Below are positions 25,946 through 39,944 of a stretch of DNA of 64,000 nt, piece by piece. Made by a program: the position numbers and the translations under genes. The notes under the pieces are model-generated. The model was not told the DNA's origin. It was given only the letters and a program-made list of their open reading frames with translations, and ran no database searches. Each line of letters starts with the position of its first letter. Position 1 is the first letter of the stretch. This DNA comes from Octopus bimaculoides (lineage: Eukaryota), in contig NC_068992.1 in assembly GCF_001194135.2 (NCBI RefSeq), positions 33,344,243-33,408,242 of the forward strand, read 5' to 3'.

Positions 25946-25958
25946 GTGNNNNNNNNNN

Positions 25959-26009
<51 letters not shown>

Positions 26010-26010
<1 letters not shown>

Positions 26011-26385
26011 GAGGTGCAATGGCCCAGTGGTTAGGGCAGTGGACTGATGATTATAGGATTGCCTTATTGATTACCAGACCGGGCGTTGTGAGTGTTTATT
26101 GAGTGAAAACATCTAAAGCTCCATAAGGATCCGGCAGGGAGTGGTGGTGAACCTGCTGTACTCTTTCTCCACAACATTCTCTCACTCCTTCTTCCTGTTT
26201 CTGTTGTACCTGTATTTCAAAAAGCCAGCCTTATCACACACTGTGTCACGCTGAATCTCCCCGAGAACTATGTTAAGGGTACATGTGTGTGTGTAGCGCT
26301 CAGCCACTTGCACAGTAATTTCACGAGAGGCTGTTCCGTTGACAGACCAACTAGAACCCTCATCATCATAACCAATAGAGTGCCA
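26010..26385 (+). mobile_element. tRNA-type SINE family C
   Basis: A-box-like TGGCCCAGTGG head. 3' half (GCTGAATCTCCC...TAAGGGTACATG...CAGCCACTTGCA...AACCCTCATCATCATAAC) shared with 42240-42570, whose head differs. Confidence 0.65.
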
Positions 26386-27664
26386 TGATATATATGTATA
26401 TATGTATATGTATATGTCTGTGTATGTGTCTTAATGTCCATGTTTGTTCCCTAACACCACTTGTTGTCCTTTAACAACCCGATGTTGCTGTGTTTACATC
26501 CCCATAACTTAGCAGTTTGGCAAAAGAGACCAATCGAATAAGCATGAGATGCAAAAAAATAATGTCCTAGGGTCAATTTCTTCAACTGAGACTCAAGGTG
26601 GTGCCCCAGCATGACTAAAGAGATAAAAGTTACATAGTGGGGTAACATAGTAACAAAAAAAGACAAAAGGGTGAAGAAAATCTTTCTGAATTACTAACAG
26701 TGAAATAATCATTTCTCATTTCAGTTTAGAAGTTCTCAATATGTAGGAGAATAGGTGAATACACATGGTGCACTGGATTTCCTTCATGTGTGAAATGTAC
26801 TTTTTGAATCTTATTTATAGACAGAAGGGCAATGTCAGCTATAGTTCAAACAATAATAGCTAACATCACTCTGCAAGCAGAATGGTCAATTTTAATGGCA
26901 GTATAAGAGAGTTTACAAGAATCTGAAATGAATAAACTACATATTTCTATGAATACTACACAGGAACAGGAAATATTCTTCTTATCTTTATCATCAGAAA
27001 TTATTAATGTACTTTCACATCTACAACAAATACTTAATGAATCCAATATTTTGATTAGCTGCACGGAAATAACCGTTATGCATTGGGAATGCAGGTTACC
27101 TCACATATACAGAACAAACATTACCATGCTGATAATCATACTAATAATATTCTACAAATAGGCAACAAATTCCAGTAGCAGCAGTGCAAGTCATTAAAGC
27201 AAGAAACATAGATATCATGCGCTAATGGTTTCACTTCAATATTAACACATACAAAATTCTTTTCATACTTATATACACACATTGGAGCAGTAAACCTCTG
27301 GTAAGAAGTAATTTCAAGAAGAAAAGTGTGTATGCGTGTGTGCATGTATNNNNNNNNNNNNNNNNNNNNNNNNNNNNNNNNNNNNNNNNNNNNNNNNNNN
27401 NNNNNNNNNNNNNNNNNNNNNNNNNNNNNNNNNNNNNNNNNNNNNNNNNNNNNNNNNNNNNNNNNNNNNNNNNNNNNNNNNNNNNNNNNNNNNNNNNNNN
27501 NNNNNNNNNNNNNNNNNNNNNNNNNNNNNNNNNNNNNNNNNNNNNNNNNNNNNNNNNNNNNNNNNNNNNNNNNNNNNNNNNNNNNNNNNNNNNNNNNNNN
27601 NNNNNNNNNNNNNNNNNNNNNNTATATATATATATATATATACATTATACACACACATATACAC

Positions 27665-27712
<48 letters not shown>

Positions 27713-28854
27713 ATATGTAATTATCTCCCTATAGATATGCATGCTTATGCTCATAAATATATTTCTGTTTGTGTATATGCATATGTGTGTATATAATACA
27801 TATGTATGCAAATGTATAGATTCACATACACACACATGCACACATATATGCATGAAGTAGGCTTTTTACAAATATTTAAGTAATAATTTACTTAGTATGA
27901 TGTTTTTGTTTTTCTCTTTCAACAAAATATATGAGAAAGCACTTACATTAATATCCAGCCAGAAATTAGTTTTATATCATAGTAAAAAATCGATATAGTC
28001 TCAGATTAAATAAGTTGCTTTTACAAAATATCTCTTATGAAATAATTTTCCTAATTTCTGGAAATATTTGGTACATTACATTTCTTTTTAAATTAGATTA
28101 TTGATTAAGCACTACAGAAACAGTTCAAATTTTGAACAGCATACTACTAACAGAAATGAAAGAATAAATTTCATAACTAGATCAACTTTTCAAATGATCT
28201 AGAGGCAAATAGATAAACATGTGGAATATAATGCTCAAAGTTTTGTTTCAATTTTGTTTTTCAAATTCCTGAATTTTGCAATAATGCAGTTTCTATGAGA
28301 GGTATTGAAGAATTTTATTATCAGGAATATTTTAATAACTATAATAGCTCTCATAAAATTCCTGCTTCTGCTGAAATTCATATCCATACATATTACATGA
28401 ACATTCATGCATATATGTTCCTTTGAAGTATTAGTATTTGTAGTAGTAGTAGTAGTAGTAGTAGTGGCAGTAGTAGCAGCAGCAGCAGTAGTGGCAGTAG
28501 TAGTGGTTGTAGTAGTTGTAGAAGTACATGAACTTAGTGCAGTTTTGGTTCATCTAAGTAAAATATTGAAGCATTGAGACTGCCTCATGACTCAGCAGGA
28601 AGTCAATGTTGTGACTTCCTGTCTATGTGTATTATACAACCTATAGAATCATTGAGATATGCACCACATAAAGCAAATATCGAATATATGCTGTAGGTTA
28701 TTTTGCGGGACATCAATATATTTTACTGACCACTTACCTTATCAGGCACTGTTTTAACTGTCAGACTCACAAGTGATTATTATATAAATCAAAATGCGAT
28801 GAACAAAGGAAAGAGATCATCTTATATAGCAACAAGAAATAATAACTGTCTTTG

Positions 28855-29260
28855 AAAGTGTGACTATGTGGTAAGAAGCTTGCTTTCTGACCATATGGTT
28901 CCAGGTTCAGTCCCACTGCATGGCAACTTGGGCAAGTATCTTCTACTATAGCATCAGGCCAACCAAAACCTTGTGAGTGGATTTGGTAGGCAAAAACTGA
29001 AAGAAGCCCATTTAAAATGTGCGTGCATGTGCCTGTGTGTATGTGTGTGTGTGTGCATGTATCTTTGTGTCTGTTTGTTCCCCACTACCACTTGACAAAT
29101 AGTGATCGTGTGTTTACATTCCAATAACTCAGCAGTTCAGCAAAAGAGATCGATAGAATAAGTACCAGGCTTAAAAATAAATATGTACTGGAGTTGATTC
29201 ATTTGACTAAAAATTCAGTCTACTGACTGAAACAAATAAAAGGTAAAAAGGTAAAAAGTA
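28855..29260 (+). mobile_element. SINE family A, contiguous copy
   Basis: GTGGTAAGAAGCTTGC...GGTTCAGTCCC...CTTGGGCAAGT...GAAAGAAGCCC-(TG)n-tail ending GACTGAAACAAATAAAAGG. Confidence 0.75.
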
Positions 29261-29639
29261 GATGTACCTTTAGTGTGCTCAACTACGATGAATAGTAATT
29301 TGAGGTGTTTAAATACATTATTATATATTAGCACAATTTTAGTTCATCTATGAAATATTTAATCATTGAGAGTTCACAACACTTCAACAGGCAACTGATA
29401 CTTCTCTCTCTTCCTCCCACTCTCTCTCTCTCTCTCTTGCCCACCTTTACTCTGTGTGTGTGTGTGTGTGTGTGTGTTTGTGTGTTTGTAAAAGAAAGTC
29501 GCTGAAATGCAAAAAGGCATTAATATATTAAGAGATCATGCAATTCTAGCATCTCATCTAAATGCAGGTTAATTATGTCACCCAAAATTGATTTAAGTTC
29601 AGCTAGTTATGTTAAGATAATTAGAGAGTATAATTAAGG

Positions 29640-29850
29640 CAATGAGCTGGCAGAATCATTAACATGCTGGGCAAAATGCTTAGTGGCATTTTGTCCATCT
29701 TTACGTTCTGAGTTCAAAGTTCACCAACATAAATGCTGCCTTTCCTCCTTTCAGGGGTCAATAAAATCAGTACCATTTGAACTCTGGGGTCGATGTAATC
29801 AACTTAATCCCCTCTCAAAATTGCTAGCCTTGTGCCAAACTTTGAAACCA
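29640..29850 (+). mobile_element. SINE family B
   Basis: GAGCTGGCAGAATCATTAAC...CGTTCTGAGTTCAAAG...CTGGGGTCGATGTAATC...GCCTTGTGCC. Confidence 0.7.
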
Positions 29851-29855
29851 TATTT

Positions 29856-30204
<349 letters not shown>

Positions 30205-30524
30205 GGCCAGCAAGTTTAAACCTATATAGGTAAAATATACAATTAATAAAAAGCACACAGTGAATGCAATGGATGTAACAGAAATAGTCTTACCTTGTAT
30301 GAACTACAGAAGCAAGAAAGACAAATAATCCAGTATCAATTGATTTCCCCTTTTGTATCAATATACTTAAATCTCATTAGCCAGACTTACTGTATATCAT
30401 GCATTTTTGAAAATATTCATTGCATTACACTGTGCACCAAGCATTAGTAAGATTTAGGTTAGTTAAGATAGGTTTCCAATATATTTCAACTGCTGAAGGC
30501 AAATTCACTGCAGTTAGTATCATC

Positions 30525-30725
30525 ATCATTTAACGTCCACTTTCCATAATGGCTTATGTTGGATGGTTTAACTACAAACTAGTAAGCCTGGGTGTTGCAC
30601 TAGGTTCCGATCTGATTTGGCAAGATTTCTGTAGGCTGGATGCGCTTCCTAATACCAACTACTCAGAGAGTGTAGTGGGTGTTTTTTACATGCCACCAGC
30701 ACAGGTGCTATTGACCTGACACCAG
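30525..30725 (-). mobile_element. Old RTE-type 3' tail fragment
   Basis: CATCATCATTTAACGTCCACTTTCC...GGATGCGCTTCCTAATACCAAC...TTTTTTACATGCCACC is a diverged reverse complement of the RTE tail. Confidence 0.65.
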
Positions 30726-32140
30726 CATCAGCCATGACTACAGTTTCAATTGGTTTTACAGGCCTGCACAAGCATGGTGTATTGCCAAAGGTCTTGGTCA
30801 CCTGTCACTGCTTCAATGAAACCCAATACTTGAACAGTGCTTTTATGTGCTACCAGCATGGGTGTCAGTTAGATAGCACAGGCATCAGCCATGGCTACGA
30901 TTTTACTCAGTTTGACAGGTCTACACAATCACAGCATATTGTCCAGCGATTGAAGGATGCTTTCAACCATGGAGAAAATATCTCTCATATGGTAAAAGTC
31001 TTATTTCTTCATTTCCCTGAAGAGAAGATTACATTGTTTTACACCATTTTATTCCATTGGAATATTACCAATGATATCTTCGAAACCTGAGTCGGCAGTA
31101 AAAGAATTTGAATAACACATGGGTTTAACTANNNNNNNNNNNNNNNNNNNNNNNNNNNNNNNNNNNNNNNNNNNNNNNNNNNNNNNNNNNNNNNNNNNNN
31201 NNNNNNNNNNNNNNNNNNNNNNNNNNNNNNNNNNNNNNNNNNNNNNNNNNNNNNNNNNNNNNNNNNNNNNNNNNNNNNNNNNNNNNNNNNNNNNNNNNNN
31301 NNNNNNNNNNNNNNNNNNNNNNNNNNNNNNNNNNNNNNNNNNNNNNNNNNNNNNNNNNNNNNNNNNNNNNNNNNNNNNNNNNNNNNNNNNNNNNNNNNNN
31401 NNNNNNNNNNNNNNNNNNNNNNNNNNNNNNNNNNNNNNNNNNNNNNNNNNNNNNNNNNNNNNNNNNNNNNNNNNNNNNNNNNNNNNNNNNNNNNNNNNNN
31501 NNNNNNNNNNNNNNNNNNNNNNNNNNNNNNNNNNNNNNNNNNNNNNNNNNNNNNNNNNNNNNNNNNNNNNNNNNNNNNNNNNNNNNNNNNNNNNNNNNNN
31601 NNNNNNNNNNNNNNNNNNNNNNNNNNNNNNNNNNNNNNNNNNNNNNNNNNNNNNNNNNNNNNNNNNNNNNNNNNNNNNNNNNNNNNNNNNNNNNNNNNNN
31701 NNNNNNNNNNNNNNNNNNNNNNNNNNNNNNNNNNNNNNNNNNNNNNNNNNNNNNNNNNNNNNNNNNNNNNNNNNNNNNNNNNNNNNNNNNNNNNNNNNNN
31801 NNNNNNNNNNNNNNNNNNNNNNNNNNNNNNNNNNNNNNNNNNNNNNNNNNNNNNNNNNNNNNNNNNNNNNNNNNNNNNNNNNNNNNNNNNNNNNNNNNNN
31901 NNNNNNNNNNNNNNNNNNNNNNNNNNNNNNNNNNNNNNNNNNNNNNNNNNNNNNNNNNNNNNNNNNNNNNNNNNNNNNNNNNNNNNNNNNNNNNNNNNNN
32001 NNNNNNNNNNNNNNNNNNNNNNNNNNNNNNNNNNNNNNNNNNNNNNNNNNNNNNNNNNNNNNNNNNNNNNNNNNNNNNNNNNNNNNNNNNNNNNNNNNNN
32101 NNTATATACATATATACATATATATTAATTTATTTATTTA

Positions 32141-32478
32141 TATACATGAATGCCTCACACTAAGAGGGACTCTAAAAAGAGTGCGCCTCTTTCATGGATA
32201 TATATCGATAAGCAATTGTCTATGTACTATGCTGAATACATGGAGTGTTCGTCTGGTATGTTGAGTTTTGTTTATTTTTATTTGTCTTGACCATACGTGC
32301 ACTGATGAGTAAAAGATGCAGATTACTGTGTTGATTATGAAATCATGATTTACCGTTAAGTTTAAAGTTTTTAGGGAGTTAGTTTTTGAGAGTTGCATTA
32401 CCTCGTGTTCGGTAAAAATGTGTCTATTATGGTAGTTTGGCTTTTAGAGTCCCTCTTAGCGTGAGGCATTCATGTATA
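32141..32478. mobile_element. MITE/foldback element with 37-bp terminal inverted repeats
   Basis: TATACATGAATGCCTCACACTAAGAGGGACTCTAAAA (32141-32177) versus its reverse complement at 32442-32478, one mismatch. Confidence 0.75.
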
Positions 32479-32961
32479 GTAATGCCTTTATATAAATAAA
32501 TTAATAAATATATTTATAAGCAATAAACGATGGGTTTTTTCCTTATGAGGTTTATTTCACGCTAACTACTTGATAAATTCTTACGAAGAATTTATCCTCT
32601 TATTAATATANNNNNNNNNNNNNNNNNNNNNNNNNNNNNNNNNNNNNNNNNNNNNNNNNNNNNNNNNNNNNNNNNNNNNNNNNNNNNNNNNNNNNNNNNN
32701 NNNNNNNNNNNNNNNNNNNNNNNNNNNNNNNNNNNNNNNNNNNNNNNNNNNNNNNNNNNNNNNNNNNNNNNNNNNNNNNNNNNNNNNNNNNNNNNNNNNN
32801 NNNNNNNNNNNNNNNNNNNNNNNNNNNNNNNNNNNNNNNNNNNNNNNNNNNNNNNNNNNNNNNNNNNNNNNNNNNNNNNNNNNNNNNNNNNNNNNNNNNN
32901 NNNNNNNNNNNNNNNNNNNNNNNNNNNNNNNNNNNNNNNNNNNNNNNNNNNNNNNNNNNNN

Positions 32962-32992
<31 letters not shown>

Positions 32993-33483
32993 TAGATCAA
33001 GGTTCAAGTGTATCAGGTACTTAAATGATAAGGCACTGGGTCGAGTCACAATTAAAATGTGTACACAACAAAAACAGAGCAATACATATGCGGATACAGA
33101 AGTACAAGCAGAAACATATTCAGGTTATGTATACAATTAATTATACTTGACCAAGTACATCATAACCCTGAAGCTAATCAAGAAATGCACATTCTGTTTG
33201 TTTTCGAATGTTTTTTAATGATGTGGTTCATGTATTTACCTCATGATAATGGTTTTTTTCTAATGATGTAATGTCACCATTAATCAATTAAAAATTCGTT
33301 GGAAACAGCTGTATTGAATTAACACATTATCTATCTGTTGTTATTCATTTATTACATATACATGAATGTATGTATGTATATATATATATAGATATATGTA
33401 TGTATATGTATATATTTATATATGCACATATATTAAATATATATATGTATGTATATATATGTATATATTTATATATGCACACG

Positions 33484-33528
<45 letters not shown>

Positions 33529-33530
33529 AC

Positions 33531-33561
<31 letters not shown>

Positions 33562-33865
33562 GGGTGATAAATTGAATATTAATTCAATTTAAAACCAAGT
33601 GGCCTAGCACATAAAATCTGAAAATTCAGAAAATACAATTTTTTCTGAATTATATATATACGGCTAAAAGAAAATGGCATACATCAGCTGGTAGAAATTC
33701 TATTATGTCTATTCCAAAAGAAAGGGGCGTATTATAAGAATACATACACATGCAACGACTGTGTGCTACACAAATATATACTAGTAATACATAAAAGAGT
33801 AAAAGATTAACGGATCAATTTCTTGCGTATGTTTCTGCCAAGAGGCCACAATATCCTCCATGCAT

Positions 33866-33897
<32 letters not shown>

Positions 33898-33898
33898 G

Positions 33899-35045
33899 TT
33901 AGGTCATTAAGTATGAAATGTCCAATCCTCTTTAGCCCTAAGTTTGACTGTCATTAACTCTAATGTTTTATCCTGACAATTTTTTTTTACAACATTGAAG
34001 AATTACATCATCTCTTTCCGAAATGCTATTCATAGTATCAGATTATATTGTGGGTTTTCTCTGGTAAATCAATTTTCGTGAACCCATGGAGAGATCAAAA
34101 ACTCGTATTGTTTATGAACATGAGTTCTGTCATGGAACCAATGCACCCCAGACAGCTCAAAACATCAATGTTTGGAGATGTAGTGAATGAGCACACTGTA
34201 CATCGATGGTTTGAGAAGTTCTGGTATGGTGACTTTACTCTTGAAAATCAGCCCCGTGGTAGACCTGAGACCAAGGTGGATAATGACAAGCTGGAAACTG
34301 AAGTGGAAGTGGATACATCTAAAACTACTCATGAGTTAACAGCAAGGTTTGGTGTTTCAATTCTAACTGTATTGGACCATCTGAAACAAAGATGGATAAG
34401 TACTTACCACATTAACTGAACGAGCATCAAATGACATGTCATCTGGAAACTTGCTGTTCTTTGCTGTCATGGCATATAAGTGAACTATTTTTGTATTGTA
34501 TTGTTATGTGTGATAAAAAAATGGCTTCTTTTCAACAATAGCAAGTGTTCTGCATGATGGTTGGATAGAGACGAAGTGCTGAAACACAATACAAAAAAGA
34601 ATATTCATAAAAAAAAAGCTAATGGTGTCCGTTTGGTGGTGCAGCATTGGTTTCATCCACTACAGCTTCATGAGACCTGGCAAGTCAATTACAATGGATG
34701 TATACATCAACCAGTTGCATGAAATGATGAGTGACCTTGTAATTAAAAAGCCAAGATTGGTCAATAGAGACAAGCCAATGCTCAACTACATGTTGCACAA
34801 AGAACGCTACTCAAGTTATAGGAACTGAACTTGGAAATACTCTGTCATCTGCCATATTCACCAGACCTTGCACCAACTGACTCACATTTTCCAGGAATTA
34901 GACAGTTTTTTTGCAAGGAAAAAACTTCAAATCTGAAGAAGATGTAAAAAAGCCTTTTGTGATTTCATCACCTCTTGGTCTCCAAGATTCTTCGCTGCTG
35001 ACATAAATAAGCTGTTGATAAAATAGTAAAATTGTGTGTATTGAA
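33899..35045 (+). mobile_element. Degraded mariner element (DD34D type)
   Basis: NEHTVHRWFEKF..GDFTLENQPRGRP, MVSVWW...IHYSF, LPYSPDLAPTD. Many stops and frameshifts; 3' TIR not recognised. Confidence 0.85.
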
Positions 35046-36149
35046 AACAACATTAACATAAAATTGTAAAGACTCAATAGACATATGGTTTCAATGAATA
35101 TGTGTTGTCATATAGCTGATATCATGTGGGATTATTTGGTTATGTGGTTATAACATTTGTTTTAAAAGCTACATGGTTTGGGATTCGATGGCATAATGTG
35201 TCTCAGTTAACCACAAATTTGTGTTTGAAATTTGGTACATGGAAACTTTGTAGAAGCCCCTAGAAGAAAGTATACTCATATTCATGAGTGTATTCATATA
35301 CAAAGTATATTAGTATTTATGTTCATGTTCACTGAATGTCAATTAGTTTAACACTGACACCTGGCTGTTGTGCAATTTTAGCAGAATCTATTTGTTTACA
35401 AACACTCACACTAGATCTTCAAACTGTTTATAGCGTCTCTTCCTTTTTAAGAAGCCTTGCCTTTTCTCCTGCTGAAGGCTATTAAAAAGTAACGATAATG
35501 ACAGAGATAAATCCCAGTCAAAAGAACTTTTGTGAAATCCCATGAATCACTAAGGTGACCTGTCGAATCTTACACATAGAATCAAAATCAAAATCTAATC
35601 ACCCTCTAAGCATCACAAGGTAACTGTCACAAGGAATAAGTAAAAGAATAAGTATTATCAAATGAAGAAATTATCAACAGAATCATTTAATAAGTTCGCA
35701 TTGCTAAATCTTCCACAAATGAGACCAGAAAGAACATTATCTTATATGAATTCCATAACAAGACAGCAACACTCTTTAACTGATAACCACTTTAGCCTAA
35801 CCTCAAACTGACAGTTCTTCAACAGGAACATGAAAATGGATTTAAGATTTGTACTAAATATTTCTTGCAAATCTTTTACAATCAGGTTTTGATGGTGCAA
35901 TGGACAGGTATTTTAATATAGAACTCAAACTCTTCAAAAGAAAATGTCTCTGCAAAAGCCTTGTTTACTGCACCAACTCAGTACATTATACATGTTTCAT
36001 GCAAAGTATATTTCAAATCTAAATCCTACCAGGCAGTAGTCCATTCAGGAACCATTCCTAGGAAATACACAAACACATTACTCACAAAAATTTGTATGAA
36101 ACCTGTGAGGAGAGGGAAAAATAATTTGTAATATTTCATGATAGATAAA

Positions 36150-36358
36150 GGTGGTGAGCTGGCAGAATTGCTAGCATACCAGGCTAAATGTTTAGCAGCA
36201 TTTCATCTGTTTTAACAGTCTGAGTTCAGATTCTGCTGTAGTCGACTTTGCCTTTAATCTTTTTGGGGTTGATAAAATAAGTACCAGATGAACGGTGGGG
36301 TTGAATTAATCAACTTATACTCTGTGCCAAACTTGCTAGCCTTATGTCAAAATTTGAA
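36150..36358 (+). mobile_element. SINE family B
   Basis: GGTGAGCTGGCAGAATTGCTAGC...GTCGACTTTGCCTTT...GCCTTATGTCAAAATTTGAAAC. Confidence 0.7.
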
Positions 36359-37336
36359 ACTAATATTATATGATGGATTTAAATCTATAATAAAATAGAT
36401 GGGAAAAAAAGGGTTTTTGCATCAGAGAGAAGCACTTATAAATGGCTAATGTTTTTATGTATTATAGAATCGAAATAATTCAGCAATGCTTTGAGTACAA
36501 ACCTGAAAAAAGTTGTAGTGAACCTTGGTGTAAAAATGAAACAGCACATGACTCTGAAAACAGACATAGAATAGAATATTTGACAATGGACCAGAGGACA
36601 AACTATATTCAGTAATAGCTATGCTCCTCAGATATAAAAATTTCTTTCAGAGAAGAAAAAAAATGTTCTATATAAAAGGACTTCTATAAAAATACCTAAA
36701 AGAGTTAACAAGTATATGGGTTATCACTTATACATTACACTCTACATTAAGATGAGCAACAGAACTAATGAACACAAGGATAGAAACTAAATACATTACT
36801 TGGCAATCTCTCAACCAGAGAAAAACAAAGAGTCACATAATGAGAATAACAAACATATATGCCAAGCATATTCTTAAATACACCACATACACACATTCAC
36901 AAATACATGCTTGCACACACAGATACACACACAGAAAATATATATATTAAATTTACATACATACATACATACATGCATGCATGCATGCATACATACATAC
37001 ATACATACATACATATACATACACACTCAAAGATGTTCATCAACCAACCCAATATCTGCTTTGCCAGTAAATTAAATTTATACTCATAAACTACTATTGC
37101 AAAAACAAACACTGCAACAATAGCAACAACAACAACAGCAATAATGATTCCTTACATATGAACAGGGCAATAGATTAGGATAGAGGGATCAGGTGAGTAT
37201 AATGACCCTGGTACATAACTGGTGCTTTAGGACAATGACAAGTCCAATGAGGGCTGAAAATCAAATAAGGCTGTACCACATTTTCTAATCCATGGAGAAA
37301 TAGGTAAATTTGCCTGAGGTGGGTTTTCTTCTTTGA

Positions 37337-37475
<139 letters not shown>

Positions 37476-39144
37476 ACAGCTATATGGTTAAAGTATGTTA
37501 GATAATGAGGTCAAACAAGGACAAAACATATCACCATACTTCTTAAGATCAGCTCCACACCCCACAGTAACACTTAAATTTCACACAACATACCCTAATA
37601 TTCCTTCAAGTGAATATTTGCTAGAAATGCTAACGGATGCTTCGTTCATCTGGTCTCTCAATGCCGTAGGTCTGACTTTAGAACTGGACTTATTAGATAT
37701 GTGAATTACAAATGAACACATTACACTTAGAACAAATTCGTTTATCCATCGTCTGTCACCTTTGATGCTAGCATGAGTTACATTGTCAGAGGACCATGTC
37801 TTGCACATAACTGTTTGTAAATACTTTTTCTGGGATAAATTTATAGTGATATCTGCTTTGTATGTATTATATATACAGTGTTTTAATCAGTATTTGCTTA
37901 CTGGAAAAGTGATATTTATGAGCAAAGCTAGGGATCAAGCCTTCAACAACTTTAACAAGTTGATCTGATTTATTGTTCCATTATAGAGTATTTAAGCCTC
38001 GAACATAATCATTTGTCTACACACTTTTATCTTGTATAGATACCGTAGGAGTGGAATTATTTAAGGCTGTGCTGATAAATGTTTATATTTCTCATGAAAT
38101 TAATTTATTTTAATGATATCCAATTTTCTTTTTGTACTCTTTCCTTATTTTAGCTATGTTGTTTATATAAATATCTAACAATTGTCAAAAGATTTCTAGC
38201 AAGACAGAGAAATCAAGGGATTCATTAAGAAAATCTTTGATAAGTTTGCACACAAAATAGACAATAAACAGGTACCTTGTGTCTACTAATATTGATGCCA
38301 GTATTTGGCATTTACATATTACACAAACTTGAATGAAGACAACAATCCTTAGATGTAATTGTTTCATTTCAACAAAGAAGTATATTGTTCTTGTGTAAAA
38401 TGTTCTCTGTCTCATAACAGGAAAGTATGGTTCTTTTGTAATAGAATTTAATTCTAAAGATTTAATGGTAAATACCATTCTACTAATATCTTGAGCAGGC
38501 AATCGACCGATTAGTTGAATTGTGGTGTTTTACTAATACAAATGATGTAAAAGTGTTTTGATTCATGAGTAATATTATACTAAAAGGCTTGTATATATAA
38601 AGTAGAGAGCGACATACTAAAGGTGACCTCATCTTAATATCCAAATGGTAATGTAAAATTGCCTAAAAGAGGTATTGATTTTGTTAAGAATTCCATTAGC
38701 AAAATGTATATATAATTCTTGGATCAAATCACTATAAAGCGTTAACACCACAGTAGCATGCTATATTATTTATTAAAATTTGTTTCAGACAGAATACACT
38801 AGATGGTAATAAATAAAATGTGTTTACTTGAGAACAACAGTGAATAATATATGGAATTTTTATAAACATATTTCTGAGTCCATATCAAAGTGAAATTCAA
38901 CACAGATTTTCTTTTTTTATATAACTATTCTTATTGTTTCACAAGTATATTTGACTTTATGACACACTGGGGATCAAATGAAAAAATATGCTGGTGTACT
39001 TCACATGGAAAGTTAAAAAAACATTATCAGTTAAAAATATAGAAAACTATTGCTTCTTTGTTTTATTTGGTCTATTACTCATACTTATATATGAAAAATA
39101 TAACACAGATTTTTAAAAAATTATCAACATCAACACTTAACTTC

Positions 39145-39325
39145 TCTTTATCATGCTGGCATGGGTTGGACAGTTTGACCGGAACTGGCAAACTGAAGGG
39201 CTACACCAGGCTCTATTTGTCTATTTTAGCATGGTTTCTATGGCTGGATGCTCTTCTTAATTCCAGCCACTTTACAGAGTGTACTGGGTGCTTTTTACAT
39301 GACACCAGTACAGGTGCTTTTTACA
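39145..39325 (-). mobile_element. Old RTE-type 3' tail fragment
   Basis: CATGCTGGCATGGGTTGGAC...GGCTGGATGCTCTTCTTAATTCCAGCCAC...GCTTTTTACATG. Confidence 0.6.
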
Positions 39326-39880
39326 TGGTTCCTAGCCAAGTGCTTTTCCATGTTGGAGAACTGATGATAGTCAGATGGGGCCAAATCAAGAGAATAGGGA
39401 AGATGATCAACCAGTTTAAAGCCACAATCATGCACAGCAGCCGTTGCAAACGAGGAGTTGTGTGCTGGAGCATTGTCCTCTTGAAACAAGACCATTTTCG
39501 TCAGTTTTCCTGGGCATTTGGCCTTGATAACCTTTTGTAACTGCCTCAGCAAGTTGGCATTGTACTCTCCATTGGTCATGTATCCCTTTTGAATAAGCAC
39601 AATGGTTTTTGCTTCCACAAAACTGAGGTTGTCACCTTCCCTGAAGAGGAAATGACCTTAGCCTGCTTTGGAGCAGATGAGGAAGGGTGTTTCCCCAGCA
39701 TGGATTGTCACTTTGTCTCTGGCTCAAAGGGATGAGCTCAAAACCCATCCCATTTAGGAAACATTCAAGAAATTTAGCTGGATCTACCTCAAGCAATGTG
39801 AAATTTTCTGGTGATGAGATCAGCCTGGTGCACTTTTGATCAGGTATCAGAAGACGCAGCATCCACCTAGCAGGTACATG
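39325..39880 (-). mobile_element. Mariner fragment, same family as 48385-49603
   Basis: NGEYNANLLRQL...VLFQEDNAPAH...DHLPYSLDLAPSDY. Confidence 0.85.
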
Positions 39881-39944
39881 TATGACGAAGTGTAAGTGTT
39901 TTAAGAGAAAAATTGTTTATAAGAGGCAATAGATATAGTGTTCC

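Larger units (their letters stand above)
24685..26630 (+). mobile_element. SINE family A (head 24685-24825, tail about 26410-26630) with a Tc1 element and a family C SINE nested in its microsatellite
   Basis: Head ...GAAAACTGAAAGAAGCCTGTCATATGTG and tail ...GTTTACATCCCCATAACTTAGCAGTTTGGCAAAAGAG... match the contiguous copy at 28855-29260. Confidence 0.7.

Noticed and set aside
26928-27161. 77-aa ORF in apparently unique sequence
   Set aside because: No motif, an in-frame stop just upstream and no convincing splice signals.
32320-32350. CTGATGAG followed later by GAAA inside the MITE
   Set aside because: No stem II places GAAA adjacent to the core; not a credible ribozyme.
38200-38271. Possible 72-nt phase-0 plus-strand exon (QDREIKGFIKKIFDKFAHKIDNKQ)
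   Set aside because: Weak acceptor, no recognised protein, and the next candidate exon is out of phase.
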